Notes: generated by a model from the sequence alone, not told the origin. Counted from the stretch's first letter, positions 39,126 to 50,158 are shown. The stretch: DNA of 64,000 nucleotides from Alphaproteobacteria bacterium (GCA_965227515.1 CBDDFZ010000001.1:1536001-1600000), one strand, 5' to 3'. Made by a program: numbers and translations.

Positions 39126-39455
39126 CTATCCGCAGGTCACCATTTCGATTACCGGCTGGCACAATTCGGGTGTGCCGCCGCAGCAGTCCTCCATCAGGTA
39201 GCCAAGCAGTCCGCGCAGGCCCTCGACATCGGCGAAATAGCGTATCGACCGCCCCTCGCGCCGGTTGCGCACCAGCCCCGCGCCCAGCAGCACCGACAGG
39301 TTGGTCGACATGGTGTTCTGGCGCACGCCCATGCGCTCGCCGATCTCGCCGGCCGCCATGCCCGCCGGACCCGCCTGCAGCAACAGGCGCAGCGCATCCA
39401 GCCTGGTTTCCTGGCTCAGGGCCGCGAAGGCCTCCAGCACCGTTGTCTTATCCAT
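39126..39455 (-). CDS. arsR: ArsR family repressor
   Basis: ALSQETRL HTH, C-terminal EDCCGG. Confidence 0.92.
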   Translation of the reverse strand: MDKTTVLEAFAALSQETRLDALRLLLQAGPAGMAAGEIGERMGVRQNTMSTNLSVLLGAGLVRNRREGRSIRYFADVEGLRGLLGYLMEDCCGGTPELCQPVIEMVTCG

Positions 39456-39544
39456 ATATCATGAATAGTAGATATAAAAGGCAATGTCCAGTGGTCGACA
39501 TGGCCGGTGGTCATGCCGCGACCGCGGTGCAGGTTTGGCCGGTC

Positions 39545-40330
39545 TCAGTCGTCGCGGTGGGGCAGGGCAGTGTTCAGCATCAGCATCTCCTGGCCGCGGA
39601 ACAGGCCGGCCACGGTATCGTTACTGGCGCCGCGCAACTGGTCGAACATCTCGCGGAAGGGTGCCGACGACAGATAGGTCAACGCGTCGGCATTGCTGTC
39701 GAACCACAACTCCAGGTTCCAATCGTACGAGGTCTGCCCCTCGGCGGGCAGGGTGGAGACGTAGCCGACCGGAATGGTCTTGCCGACGGTGGTGCCGAAG
39801 ATGTGCTCGCGGACCAGCGGGTGCAGACCCAAATCGGCGAAGCGCTGTGCGTACCAGTCCTTGATCGCGGCAGCGCCGTCATTGGCCATGCCGAAGGCGA
39901 TGAACTTGGAGATGGTGCCGTCCTCGCGGGCGCGATAGCCGCGGCGGAAGGTGCTGAACTGCGCCGGCTGCGACACCTCGAACTGCTTGTGGGTGGTCAG
40001 CGCGATGCCGGGCAGGGTGCCTGGGTCCAGGCCCATGTGCGCCATGCCGTCGCCCAGCAGCGCATAGCCGGTGGAGTGCACCCAGCAGGCGCAGGCGTCT
40101 TCCCAGGTTTCCCAATATTCTTGTGCCACGCGGAAGAACTCGCCGTGCGCGGCCTCCGGCTGTTCGGCGACCCGCCGATTGATCGAATAGCGGACGATCT
40201 TGTGCGCTACCTTCGCGAACTCGGTGTGGATGCCGAGGTACCACTTGTCGAACTTCTCCTCGCTCAGGTGGGCGGGCAACGTGATCAGCCAGTTGAAATT
40301 GATCACCGGCAATTCTCCCTCATTCTCCAA
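39545..40330 (-). CDS. Tandem EthD-like (dimeric alpha-beta barrel) protein
   Basis: EEKFDKWY..H, ..EYWET, LELWFDS half repeats. Confidence 0.55.
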   Translation of the reverse strand: MENEGELPVINFNWLITLPAHLSEEKFDKWYLGIHTEFAKVAHKIVRYSINRRVAEQPEAAHGEFFRVAQEYWETWEDACACWVHSTGYALLGDGMAHMGLDPGTLPGIALTTHKQFEVSQPAQFSTFRRGYRAREDGTISKFIAFGMANDGAAAIKDWYAQRFADLGLHPLVREHIFGTTVGKTIPVGYVSTLPAEGQTSYDWNLELWFDSNADALTYLSSAPFREMFDQLRGASNDTVAGLFRGQEMLMLNTALPHRDD

Positions 40331-40333
40331 GAT

Positions 40334-40525
40334 TAAAGATCAAGACTTTTTTTCAAAGATGATGGCAGCCCGTAGCGGTGTCAACATGGCTGCGGCATGG
40401 GGCCTGGTCAGGGTCGGCTACCGGCATGTCGCCACCGCGAATTCGGCCGGCTGTCGACCGAGCGCCAGCCGTATTGACACCCGCCGGACCACCCCTTAAC
40501 GTAAATATAAAGATGTTTGTTCTTT
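40334..40525. promoter_or_regulatory. Divergent promoter with two TAAAGA-N-CTTT motifs
   Basis: TTGACA-N17-TAACGT at 40474-40502; motifs at 40334 and 40508. Confidence 0.55.
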
Positions 40526-40580
40526 GGGCCTGCAGGGGGTGCCGCAGGTTCGTTCAACCGCTCGGTTTCGGAGGCAATCT

Positions 40581-41687
40581 ATGAACACCAAGCTTAGGCT
40601 GACAGCGACCGCACTGACGAGCGCGGTCATATTTGGGGGTGGCTTGTCGGCGTCGCAGGCCCAGGATTTCGAGCCCACGGGCACGCTCGAGGGCGAGGGC
40701 CGCGAGCTGGTGATGTTCACGATCACCGCCTCCAACGTGTATGGCGCGAACCAGATCGCCGGCGCGGAAGCCGAGGCCGAGCGCCTGGGCTACAATCTTA
40801 CGGTGTTCCAGAACAACTTCTCCCAGCCCGAGCAGGACCGCCAGGTGCAGCAGTACATCGCCAGCGGCGCCGAGCCGGCGGCGGTCATCTTCTGGCCGTG
40901 GGTTGCCGATGCGGCGATCAACGACGTGCGCCAGTTGGCGCAGATCGCGCCGGTCATCCAGCTGACCCAGGAGCCGAACGAGCAGTCCTGGCCCTACGTC
41001 CAGGCCTATTCCGGTGCCAACCAGATCCTGATCGGCCAGACCTTGGGCGAGATGATGATTCTGGCGCGCGAGGCCGCGCGCGAGGCCGGTATGGACTTCG
41101 AGACGCCGGAAGGCAACCTGCTGGTGTTCCAGCATCCCGAGGGCGAGAAGACCGGCACCGAGCGGATGAAGGGCTTCCTGGAAGTCACCGCCGACGAGCC
41201 GTTCAACATCATCCACACCGAATTCGGCGCCAACAGCCCGGAGACCGGCTACGAGATCGGCAGCCAGGTGATCCCGCGCTTCAAGGGCGAGTTCGACTTC
41301 CTGTTCGTGTCCAACCAGCAGGCGGCGAATGGCATCATCCGCGCCCTGATCGAGAACGACATTACCCCGGGTGAGGACGTCTACATCGTCTCCGGCGACT
41401 GCTCTGGCTCCCTGGACGCGGTGAAAGACGGCCAGACCTTCGGCACTGGAATTCAGCCGGCGGCGGTCGAGGGCGCGCTTGCCGTGCGCACCGCGGCACG
41501 CTTCATTGCCCATGGCATGATCGAGGGCGACGTGATCCAAATGGAAGTCGAGGCCGAGGCTCCGGAACTGGAGGACTCGCCGCCGGCGAAGTACAACTAC
41601 ATGCCGCACGCGCCGGCGATCGGCGCCGATGGCGTCGCCAATACCCTGATCTGGGGCTATTCGGCCGACGAGATCTGCGCCGGTTGA
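40581..41687 (+). CDS. Sugar-type ABC substrate-binding protein
   Basis: signal peptide, periplasmic binding fold, precedes ATPase and permeases. Confidence 0.82.
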   Translation: MNTKLRLTATALTSAVIFGGGLSASQAQDFEPTGTLEGEGRELVMFTITASNVYGANQIAGAEAEAERLGYNLTVFQNNFSQPEQDRQVQQYIASGAEPAAVIFWPWVADAAINDVRQLAQIAPVIQLTQEPNEQSWPYVQAYSGANQILIGQTLGEMMILAREAAREAGMDFETPEGNLLVFQHPEGEKTGTERMKGFLEVTADEPFNIIHTEFGANSPETGYEIGSQVIPRFKGEFDFLFVSNQQAANGIIRALIENDITPGEDVYIVSGDCSGSLDAVKDGQTFGTGIQPAAVEGALAVRTAARFIAHGMIEGDVIQMEVEAEAPELEDSPPAKYNYMPHAPAIGADGVANTLIWGYSADEICAG

Positions 41688-41722
41688 TGCCGCGCCGCGT
41701 GTGATCGCGGCGACAGGATAGC

Positions 41723-43258
41723 GTGAGTATGCAGACCGATCTGGACGCGCCGCGCTCTGGGCTCCCGAACTCCGGGCTCAGGGTGCGGCGTCTTTCCAAA
41801 CGCTACGGCAATGTGCAGGCCCTGGCCGAGGTCGACTTCGAGCTCAGGCCCGGCGAGGTGATGGCGCTGTTGGGCGAGAACGGCGCCGGCAAGTCGACGC
41901 TGGTGAAGATCCTGTCCGGGCTGGTCCAGCCCGACAGCGGCAGCATCGAGATCGATGGCACGCCGACCACGCTTTATCCCAGCGCGCGGTCCCAGGATGC
42001 CGGGGTGGCGGTCGTCCACCAGGAATACAGTTCGGTCCCGACGCTGAGCGTCGCGGAGAATTTGGTCCTCGGCCAGAAGGGCGTGTCGGCGCTGTGGCTG
42101 CCCCAACGCCTGAACGCCAACGCGCGCAAACTGCTGCAGACGGTGGGCCTGGAGCACATCAATCCGCGGACGCCGGTGGAGCGCCTCAGCGTCGCCGAGA
42201 TGCAGTTGCTGGAGATCGCCCGCCTGCTGGTGCGTGACGCCCGCATCCTGATCTTCGACGAACCGACGGCGGCGCTGGCCGACAAGGAGATCGAGCGCGT
42301 ACTGGCGGTGATCAAGCGGCTTTCGGCGGAGGGGCGCAGCGTCATCTACGTCACCCACCGCCTGCCCGAGGTGTTTCGCCTGGCCGACCGGGTGACGGTG
42401 TTCCGCAACGGCCGCAGCCTGCCGGCGCGCGCCGCCAGCGAGCTCGACGTCGATGCCGTCATCTCGATGATGCTGGGCCGCGACCTGGAGACCATGTTTC
42501 CGGCCCACGGCACGGCGACGGCGCAGACCCTGTTGCAGGTGCAAGCGCTGGAGGCGCCGGGCCTGGCGGCCCCAGTCGACTTCCAGGTGCGGGCCGGCGA
42601 GATCGTCGGCCTGACCGGACAGCTCGGCAGCGGCGCCGACGCGGTGGTGAAGGCGCTGGCCGGCATGTCGCCGCCACGAGGGGGCCAGATCGTGCTCGAC
42701 GGCCAGCAGGTGGCGCTGACCAGCCGCGCGTCCGCCCTGAAGCACGGCATCGCCTATTGCTCGGCCGACCGCAAACGCGACGGCATCTTTGCCGAGCGCT
42801 CGATCCGCGAGAACCTGTCCTCGCCATGGGTGCGCGCGGTGGCGCCGAGCGGCTTCATCTCCGCGCGCGGCGAGACGGCGCGGGCCACCGACATCGCGAA
42901 ACGGTTCGCCATCGACGTCAAGCGCCTGGGGGCCGCGGTCGGCGCGCTCAGCGGCGGCAACCAGCAGAAGGTGGCGGTCGGCAAGTGGCTGGGGGCGGAG
43001 CCGCGCGTGATGCTGCTTGAAGAGCCGACCCGCGGCGTCGACATCGGTGCGCGCGCGGAGATCTACCAGCGCCTGCGCGACCTGTGCCGGTCGGGCCTCG
43101 GCATCGTCATTGCCAGCTCCGACACCGCCGAGGTGCTCGGCCTTTCCGACACCATTGCCACGTTCTACCGTGGGCGGATGACGGCCATCCGGGCCCATGA
43201 CGATTGGACCGAGGACAGCCTCGTGCGCGAGGTGATGCACCAGGAGGCGGCCGCTTGA
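41723..43258 (+). CDS. Sugar ABC ATP-binding protein (RbsA-like)
   Basis: GENGAGKST, DEPT, LSGGNQQKV, EPTRGVDIGA. Confidence 0.93.
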   Translation: MSMQTDLDAPRSGLPNSGLRVRRLSKRYGNVQALAEVDFELRPGEVMALLGENGAGKSTLVKILSGLVQPDSGSIEIDGTPTTLYPSARSQDAGVAVVHQEYSSVPTLSVAENLVLGQKGVSALWLPQRLNANARKLLQTVGLEHINPRTPVERLSVAEMQLLEIARLLVRDARILIFDEPTAALADKEIERVLAVIKRLSAEGRSVIYVTHRLPEVFRLADRVTVFRNGRSLPARAASELDVDAVISMMLGRDLETMFPAHGTATAQTLLQVQALEAPGLAAPVDFQVRAGEIVGLTGQLGSGADAVVKALAGMSPPRGGQIVLDGQQVALTSRASALKHGIAYCSADRKRDGIFAERSIRENLSSPWVRAVAPSGFISARGETARATDIAKRFAIDVKRLGAAVGALSGGNQQKVAVGKWLGAEPRVMLLEEPTRGVDIGARAEIYQRLRDLCRSGLGIVIASSDTAEVLGLSDTIATFYRGRMTAIRAHDDWTEDSLVREVMHQEAAA

Positions 43259-44250
43259 GCGAGCCGGTCCGCGACGCCACGCTGGACATGCCGCCGGCCC
43301 AGGCTGCCGACCGCGGCATGCCGGACTGGCTGCCGTTCGCCGCGATCCTGGGCGTGGTCGCGGTCGCGGTTGTCGTCGCCATCATCGTCACGCCGAACTT
43401 CGCCACCGTCGACAATGCGCGCGCGATCCTGCGCAACGCCTCCATCGTCGGCATCATCGCGGTGGCGATGACCCCGATCACGCTGTCGGGCAACTTCGTG
43501 TCGCTCGCCATCTCGCAGTCGGCGATGCTGGCGATGGTCTCGTTCGTCGCCCTGGTCGGCGACGGCTGGCCGCAGGCGCTGGCGATCCCGGTGGTGATCG
43601 CCGGCCTTGTCGTGGTCGGCGTGCTGCAGGGCTTCGTCGTGGCCGCCGGCCTCAACCCGATCATCACCACGCTGGCGGCCGGCGCGATCATCTTCGGCGT
43701 GGTGTCGGAGGCGACGGGCGGCGGCATCGTGCGGTCCGGCGACGTCACCCTGACCTGGGGCCGCGAGACGCTGGCCGGCATCCCGATCCAGGTGCTGGTG
43801 TTCCTGATCTTCACCGCTCTCGTCAGCGTGCTGATGTCGCGTACCGTCACCGGGCGGGAGACCACCTTGGTCGGCGCCAATCGCGCGACCGCGCGGATCA
43901 GCGGCATCTCCGCCACCCGGGTCACCGTGGTTGCGTTCGCCATCTTCTCGGTCGGGCTCGCCATTGCCGGCATCCTGAACGGGGCGGCGTTCAGTCAGGC
44001 GACCGCGAACTCGTTCAGCGATGCCACCATCGACGTGATCGCCGCCCTTCTGGTCGGCGGCACCGCGATCCAAGGCGGGCGCGGCTCACCGTTGCGCTCG
44101 GCCGGCGGCGCGATCCTGATCGCGGTGATCTCCAACATGATGGTGCTGAACGATTTCTCGACCGGCGGCCGCCTCGCCATCCAGGGTGCCGTCGTGGTGG
44201 TCGTCGTCGTGCTGATGGAAATCGTGCGACGCAGAAGCGGGGTCCGGTGA
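43255..44250 (+). CDS. Sugar ABC permease
   Basis: NPIITTLA, GANRATARISGI, LVGGT..GGRGS. Confidence 0.88.
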   Translation: MSEPVRDATLDMPPAQAADRGMPDWLPFAAILGVVAVAVVVAIIVTPNFATVDNARAILRNASIVGIIAVAMTPITLSGNFVSLAISQSAMLAMVSFVALVGDGWPQALAIPVVIAGLVVVGVLQGFVVAAGLNPIITTLAAGAIIFGVVSEATGGGIVRSGDVTLTWGRETLAGIPIQVLVFLIFTALVSVLMSRTVTGRETTLVGANRATARISGISATRVTVVAFAIFSVGLAIAGILNGAAFSQATANSFSDATIDVIAALLVGGTAIQGGRGSPLRSAGGAILIAVISNMMVLNDFSTGGRLAIQGAVVVVVVVLMEIVRRRSGVR

Positions 44251-45251
44251 TGATGCGCGCCGTTGCCAACGCCATGCGGCCCTATGCGCTGCCGCTGCTG
44301 ATCCTGATCCTGACCTGGATCGTCATCGCCGCGATCACCCCCAGCTTCCGTGGCACCGGTAGCATCTACGCGGTGCTGGAGGGTTTCCCGCTGGTCGGCC
44401 TGGTGGCGCTGGGCCTTTCGATCACCATCGTTGCCGGCGAGCTCGACCTTTCCGTCGGGTCGATGGCGGCACTCGCGGCGGTGGTCGCTGTGCTGACGTC
44501 GCCGCTCGGCCTCATCGGCTGCCTCGCGGTGGCGACGCTGACCGGCGTGGTGCTGGGCGCGCTGCAGGGCACGCTGATCGGCTGGTTCCGCATCAACTCG
44601 CTGGTGTTCACCATCGGCACGCTGATCCTGCTGCGCGGGCTCACCTACATTTTCAGCGGGCATGCCCCGATCATCATCCAGAACATCGAGATCACCGACC
44701 CGCTGCTGGCCCGCTACTGGGTGTTCTCGTTCTCCAGCATCACCACCCTGGCGGTGTTCCTGCTCGCCGCCCTGTTCCTGACATTCACGCGCTGGGGGCG
44801 GGAGATCTATGCCATCGGCGGGGCGCGCAACGAGGCGATCGCGGCCGGCGTGCCGCGCGTGCGGCCGCTGACCATCAGCTTCGCCTGTTCCGCCGGCTGC
44901 GCCAGCCTGGCCGGTGCGCTCGCCGCCACACGCGGCGGCAGTGCCGCACCGCAGAATTATGAGGACCTGCTGCTCAGCGCGGCGGCGGCGGCGCTGCTCG
45001 GCGGTATCAGCCTCTATGGCGGGCGCGGCACCGTGCTCAACGTGATCCTGGGCGTCGCCGTGCTGTCGGTGGTCGGCGCCGGTCTCGCGGCGCGCGGCAG
45101 TGCCGCCTCCCTGGTGCAACTGGTCACCGGCGCTCTGCTGCTGACGATCATCGCCTTTGAATTCGCCACCGGGCGGCTGAGGCTCAGCGAGACGGTATTC
45201 GGCCGCATCGTGCCGAAACGTCCGCGCGCTTCCATAGATCCGGGTGGCTGA
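44250..45251 (+). CDS. Sugar ABC permease
   Basis: GELDLSVGS, GREIYAIGG, LGGISLYGGRG. Confidence 0.9.
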   Translation: MMRAVANAMRPYALPLLILILTWIVIAAITPSFRGTGSIYAVLEGFPLVGLVALGLSITIVAGELDLSVGSMAALAAVVAVLTSPLGLIGCLAVATLTGVVLGALQGTLIGWFRINSLVFTIGTLILLRGLTYIFSGHAPIIIQNIEITDPLLARYWVFSFSSITTLAVFLLAALFLTFTRWGREIYAIGGARNEAIAAGVPRVRPLTISFACSAGCASLAGALAATRGGSAAPQNYEDLLLSAAAAALLGGISLYGGRGTVLNVILGVAVLSVVGAGLAARGSAASLVQLVTGALLLTIIAFEFATGRLRLSETVFGRIVPKRPRASIDPGG

Positions 45252-45289
45252 CCAACCGATATGCGCATTTCACGGAAAGGACGGACACG

Positions 45290-46039
45290 ATGACGGGACG
45301 TTTGGCCGGCAAGACGGCAATGGTGACGGGGGCGTCGACCGGCATCGGCTCGGCGACCGCGCGGCTGATGGTCGACGAGGGCGCGCACGTGTTCGCCGTC
45401 GACATCAAGGCGCCGGGCGACGACCTGGCCGCCAAGCTGGACGCACACGGCGACGTGCTGAAGTTCGACACGCTGGATATCCGCAGCGAGCAGGCCTGGG
45501 CCGACGGGCTCGCCAAGTGCGTGGCCGCGTTCGGCCATCCCCATGTGTTGATCAACAATGCCGGCGCGCTCGGCTCCGGCAAGCCGGTGCACGAGGAGAG
45601 CGTGGAGGCGATGACCCGCGCCTTCGAGAGCAACGTCATCGGCATGTTCCTGGGCATGAAGACGGTGGTCCCCGGCATGATCGCGGCCGGCGGCGGCGCC
45701 ATCGTCAACGTGTCCTCGGTCTGGGGCTGGTCGGGTGTCGCCAACAACGCCGCCTACCAGACCGCGAAGGGGGCGGCGGTCATGCTGACCAAGAACGCCG
45801 GCGTCACCTACGCGCCGCACAACATCCGAGTGAACTGCGTGCTGCCGGGCTATGTCGACACCCCGATGTCGCGCGGGGTGACGCCCGACGAGGCCAAGAT
45901 GCTGGTCGACTTCACGCCGCTCGGCCGCCGGGCGGAGCCGCATGAGATCGCACCGATGATGGTGTTCCTGGCCTCCGACGAGGCGAGTTTCGTGGCCGCC
46001 GGCAACTACATGGTCGACGGCGGGATGGCCGCCCTATGA
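45290..46039 (+). CDS. SDR family oxidoreductase
   Basis: TGASTGIG, NNAG, NVSS, YQTAK. Confidence 0.93.
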   Translation: MTGRLAGKTAMVTGASTGIGSATARLMVDEGAHVFAVDIKAPGDDLAAKLDAHGDVLKFDTLDIRSEQAWADGLAKCVAAFGHPHVLINNAGALGSGKPVHEESVEAMTRAFESNVIGMFLGMKTVVPGMIAAGGGAIVNVSSVWGWSGVANNAAYQTAKGAAVMLTKNAGVTYAPHNIRVNCVLPGYVDTPMSRGVTPDEAKMLVDFTPLGRRAEPHEIAPMMVFLASDEASFVAAGNYMVDGGMAAL

Positions 46040-47049
46040 CGACAGAGGTCCACAGATTCGAGCTGGGCGACTTCGCGCTCGATGCCGGCGTCACCCTGCC
46101 CGGCGCGCACGTCGCCTATGCCACTTACGGCACGCTGAACGACGCGCGCGACAACGCGATCGTGTTCCCGACCTGGTTCGTCGGCAGCCACGCCGACGTG
46201 GAATGGCTGATCGGTGACGGCCAGCCCTTGGACACGTCCAAGTACTTCGTCGTCGTGCCCAGCATGTTTGGCAATGGGCTGTCGTCGTCGCCCTCCAACA
46301 CGCCGGTACCGTTCGACCGTGCGCGCTTCCCAGCGATCACCGTGCAGGACAACGTGCGCGCCCAACACCGGCTGATGACCGAGGTGTTCGACGTGGCCAA
46401 GATCCAGCTCGCCATCGGCGGGTCGATGGGCGCGTTCCAGGCCTATCAGTGGGGGTTGGCGCATCCCGACCTTGTCGCGCGGATCGCGCCCTGTTGCGGC
46501 GCGGCGCGCTGCAGCCCGCACTGCTACGTGTTCCTGGAGGGCGCGAAGGCGGCGCTGCTGGCCGATCCGGTCTATGCCGGCGGCGACTACGAGAAGACGC
46601 CCGAGGTCGGCTTGCGTGCGCTGGGCCGGGTCTGGGCCGGATGGGCGCTGTCGCAGGCGTTCTATCGCGACCGGCTGCACAGCGTGATGGGCTTCGACGA
46701 CCTGGATGCCTTCCTGTCGGATTTCTGGGAGGCGTTCTGGGTCGGCCTCGACGCCAACGACCTGCTGAGCCAGCTCCACACCTGGCAGACCGCCGACATC
46801 TCGCAAACCCCCGGCTATGACGGCAATCTGGTGCGCGCGCTGGGCGACATTCGCGCCAAGGCGGTGCTCAGCCCCGGCGAGAAGGACCTCTATTTCCCGC
46901 CCGAGGACATGGGCTGGGAAGCCGAGAAGATGCAAGATGCCGAGCTACGCACGATCCCGGGCGTGTGGGGCCATTTCTCCGAGGTCGGCATCGATGCCGC
47001 GTGCAACGAATATCTCGGCGCGTCGATCCGCGGCCTGCTGGCCCGCTGA
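46036..47049 (+). CDS. Homoserine acetyltransferase-like alpha/beta hydrolase
   Basis: YATYGTLN, GGSMG, DLYFP, WGH. Confidence 0.82.
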   Translation: MTTEVHRFELGDFALDAGVTLPGAHVAYATYGTLNDARDNAIVFPTWFVGSHADVEWLIGDGQPLDTSKYFVVVPSMFGNGLSSSPSNTPVPFDRARFPAITVQDNVRAQHRLMTEVFDVAKIQLAIGGSMGAFQAYQWGLAHPDLVARIAPCCGAARCSPHCYVFLEGAKAALLADPVYAGGDYEKTPEVGLRALGRVWAGWALSQAFYRDRLHSVMGFDDLDAFLSDFWEAFWVGLDANDLLSQLHTWQTADISQTPGYDGNLVRALGDIRAKAVLSPGEKDLYFPPEDMGWEAEKMQDAELRTIPGVWGHFSEVGIDAACNEYLGASIRGLLAR

Positions 47050-47121
47050 GCGCTTCGCGCACGACGCCTGCGACCTGTTGCACCAAGCGGTGTGAAACCG
47101 ATTGCAGGGGCGCTGGCCTGC

Positions 47122-47175
47122 TTGACACTGCTCCGCGCCGCTCCCTATTATCAAAAATAAAGACCATTGATCTTT
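47122..47175 (+). promoter_or_regulatory. Sigma70 promoter plus TAAAGA-N-CTTT motif
   Basis: TTGACA-N18-TATTAT, then taaagaccattgatcttt. Confidence 0.55.
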
Positions 47176-47191
47176 TGGAGAAGCGGCCGCG

Positions 47192-48706
47192 ATGGCGCTG
47201 ATGACCGTTCCCCGCCACGACGATGTGGAAATGCGCGCGTTCGGCCATCATGTCGGCGGCAGCGACCTGTCGCCGGACGGCGACCGGTTCCAGTCCATCA
47301 ACCCCACCACCGGGCGGCCGTGGGCCGATTTCCCGTTGGGCGACCGGTCGGTCGTGGACCAGGCGGTGGCGGCGGCGCGGGATGCGTTCGAGCGCGGCCC
47401 GTGGGCGGAGATGTCGCCGACCCGGCGCGGCCGGCTGCTGATGCGCTGGGGCGATGCGATCGCGGCGGATGCCGAGCGGATCGGCCGCCTGGAGTCGATG
47501 CAGAACGGCAAGCTGCCGGGCGAGATGATCCTGCAGGCCCGCATCGTTGCTGACTGGCTCTATTACTATGGCGGGCTCGCCGACAAGATTGAGGGTCGGG
47601 TCATCCCGCTCGACCGCACGTCGGTGCTCAACTACACGCGGCGCGAGCCGCTGGGCGTGGTGGCGGCGATCACGCCGTGGAACTCGCCGCTGTTCCTCAC
47701 CATCATGGCAGTGGCGCCGGCGCTGGCCGCCGGCAATACGGTGGTGATCAAGCCGTCGGAAGTGACCCCGGCGGGCCCGCTGGAGGCGGCGCGGCTGGCG
47801 GAGAGCGCCGGGATCCCGCCCGGTGTGGTCAATGTCGTGACCGGCGACCGCGCGACCGGCGAGGCACTGGTCGACCACCCCGACGTGGCCAAGATCGCGT
47901 TCACTGGCGGCGTCAACGCGGGCCGCGCCATCGCGGCGCGGGCCGGCGAGCGGCTGGCCCATGTGACGCTGGAGCTGGGCGGCAAGAGCGCCAATATCGT
48001 CTTTGCCGATGCGGCACTGGAGCAGGCCAAGGCCGGCCTGCTCGCCGGCATCTTCGCGGCGGCGGGCCAGACCTGTGTCGCGGGATCGCGCGCGCTGGTC
48101 CACCGCAGCCTCTATGCCGGGCTGGTCGACTGGCTGGCCGCGCAGGCGCGGGGCATCAGGATCGGCGATCCGTTCGAGGACTCGACCCAGATGGGTCCGG
48201 TGGCGACCGCCGCCCAACTGGAAAAGAACCTCAGCATGGTGGCGCGCGCGGCCAATGACGGCGCGCAGGTCATTGCCGGCGGCGCCCGCGCCGACGTCGC
48301 CGGGTTCCCGGACGGCTTCTTCTTCCAGCCGACGGTGCTGACCGAGGTCGCGCCGGAAAGCTTCATCGCCCAGAACGAGGTGTTCGGGCCGGTGATGGCG
48401 GTGATCCCGTTCGACGACGAGGACCAGGCGGTCGCGATTGCGAACACGACCGAGTTCGGGTTGGCGGCCGGCGTTTGGACCCGCGACATCAACCGCGCCC
48501 ACCGCGTCGCGGCGCGGCTGCGCGCCGGCACCGTCTGGGTCAATACCTACCGCGCCATGACATTCAACTCGCCGTTCGGCGGCTACAAGCAGTCGGGCAT
48601 CGGCCGCCAGAACGGCATCGAGGCGATGGATGCCTATCTGCAGACCAAGAGCGTGTGGTGCGAGATGAGCGACGAGGTGCAGAACCCGTTCGTCATGCGC
48701 GGGTGA
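47192..48706 (+). CDS. Aldehyde dehydrogenase
   Basis: ITPWN, LELGGKS, GQTCVAG, EVFGPV, PFGGYKQSG. Confidence 0.95.
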   Translation: MALMTVPRHDDVEMRAFGHHVGGSDLSPDGDRFQSINPTTGRPWADFPLGDRSVVDQAVAAARDAFERGPWAEMSPTRRGRLLMRWGDAIAADAERIGRLESMQNGKLPGEMILQARIVADWLYYYGGLADKIEGRVIPLDRTSVLNYTRREPLGVVAAITPWNSPLFLTIMAVAPALAAGNTVVIKPSEVTPAGPLEAARLAESAGIPPGVVNVVTGDRATGEALVDHPDVAKIAFTGGVNAGRAIAARAGERLAHVTLELGGKSANIVFADAALEQAKAGLLAGIFAAAGQTCVAGSRALVHRSLYAGLVDWLAAQARGIRIGDPFEDSTQMGPVATAAQLEKNLSMVARAANDGAQVIAGGARADVAGFPDGFFFQPTVLTEVAPESFIAQNEVFGPVMAVIPFDDEDQAVAIANTTEFGLAAGVWTRDINRAHRVAARLRAGTVWVNTYRAMTFNSPFGGYKQSGIGRQNGIEAMDAYLQTKSVWCEMSDEVQNPFVMRG

Positions 48707-48740
48707 GCACACACATGACCACGCCCAGGCACAAGACCCC

Positions 48741-50105
48741 ATGATCGCATCCAGCCATGCCGGCGGCGCCGCCGCCACCACCCAGCAACGGGCGCGGAAG
48801 TACCTGCGGCACCTGATCGTCGACTTCGAGGCGTTCGAGAAGGACTATCCGGGCCAATTCCCGCGGGCGATCACGGCGGGCGACGGTGCCTACCTGATCG
48901 ACGAGCACGGCAACCGGCTGCTCGACGCCGGCACCCACCTGGGCGCCTGCCAGATCGGCCACGGCCGCGCCGACGTTGCCGAGGCGATTGCCGAGCAGGT
49001 GCGGACGCTGGAGTTCGTGGCGCTGGACGGCGGGGTGACGCACCCGGCCGCGGTCGACCTGGCCGAGCGCCTGTCGGGCATTGCCGCCTGCGACGACGCC
49101 AACATCTCGTTCACCTCCAGCGGCAGCGAGGCGAACGAGCTTGCGGTCAAGATCGCGCGCAACTACCACGCGCGCCATGGCGAGCCTGAACGGGTGAAGG
49201 TGTTCTCCCGCCAGGGCTCCTATCACGGATGGACTTATGCCGGGCTCGCCGCCACCGGCATGAGCGTGTTCAAGAACGGCTTCGGCGAGCTCGCGCCCGG
49301 GTTTTACCAGGCCACGCAGCCCTCCCCCCGACGTTGTCGCCATTGCGGCGCGAACGTCGCCTGTACCCTCGCGTGCCTGGATGACCTGGAGTCCGCGATC
49401 CTCGCCGAAGACCCGTCGACGGTTGCCGCGGTCATCGCCGAGCCGGTGGCGATACCGCAGGCGGTGAAGGTGCCGCACGCGGACTATTTCCGACGCTTGC
49501 GCCGGTTCTGCGACGTGCACGGCATACTGCTGATCATCGACGAGGTGGTGTGCGGGTTCGGGCGCACCGGCAAGATGTTCGGCAGCGAGCATTTCGGCGT
49601 GCGCGCCGACATGGTGACCTACGCCAAGGGGCTGACCAGCGGCTACATCCCGATGGGCGCGGTCGCGGTGTCCGGCAAGGTCAATGCCGCGTTCGCCGCC
49701 AGCCCGCTGGTCCACCTCAACACCTATGCCGGCCATCCGGTTGCCTGCGCGGCGGCCCAGGCGTGCCTGGACATCATGCGCGACGAGGCCCTGGTGGAGA
49801 ACGCCGCGGCGATGAAGCATGTGCTGCGCCGCGAGCTGGAGCGGATGAGCCAGGCGGTGCCGCGGGTGCAGGAAATCTCGGTGATCGGGCTGCTGTCCAG
49901 CGTGGTGCTGGATATCGCCGACATCGGCGACCGCGACGCTTTGATTCGCCAGATGCGCTATCACGCGTATAACAACGGGCTGCTGGCCAGATTCGCCAAG
50001 GACGCCGACGAGATGAGCGTCCACTTCTACCCGGCGCTGACGGTCAACGAGGACGACATCATCATTGGCGTCGCCGCGCTGGAGCGCACCCTGCGCACCA
50101 TCTGA
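48741..50105 (+). CDS. Class III aminotransferase
   Basis: SGSEANE, SYHG, DEVVCGFGRTG, AKGLTSG. Confidence 0.92.
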   Translation: MIASSHAGGAAATTQQRARKYLRHLIVDFEAFEKDYPGQFPRAITAGDGAYLIDEHGNRLLDAGTHLGACQIGHGRADVAEAIAEQVRTLEFVALDGGVTHPAAVDLAERLSGIAACDDANISFTSSGSEANELAVKIARNYHARHGEPERVKVFSRQGSYHGWTYAGLAATGMSVFKNGFGELAPGFYQATQPSPRRCRHCGANVACTLACLDDLESAILAEDPSTVAAVIAEPVAIPQAVKVPHADYFRRLRRFCDVHGILLIIDEVVCGFGRTGKMFGSEHFGVRADMVTYAKGLTSGYIPMGAVAVSGKVNAAFAASPLVHLNTYAGHPVACAAAQACLDIMRDEALVENAAAMKHVLRRELERMSQAVPRVQEISVIGLLSSVVLDIADIGDRDALIRQMRYHAYNNGLLARFAKDADEMSVHFYPALTVNEDDIIIGVAALERTLRTI

Positions 50106-50158
50106 CCCGGTCCGCGCCCGTATCATCTGAAAGCCTGTCTCACCTGAAAGGTTGCTCC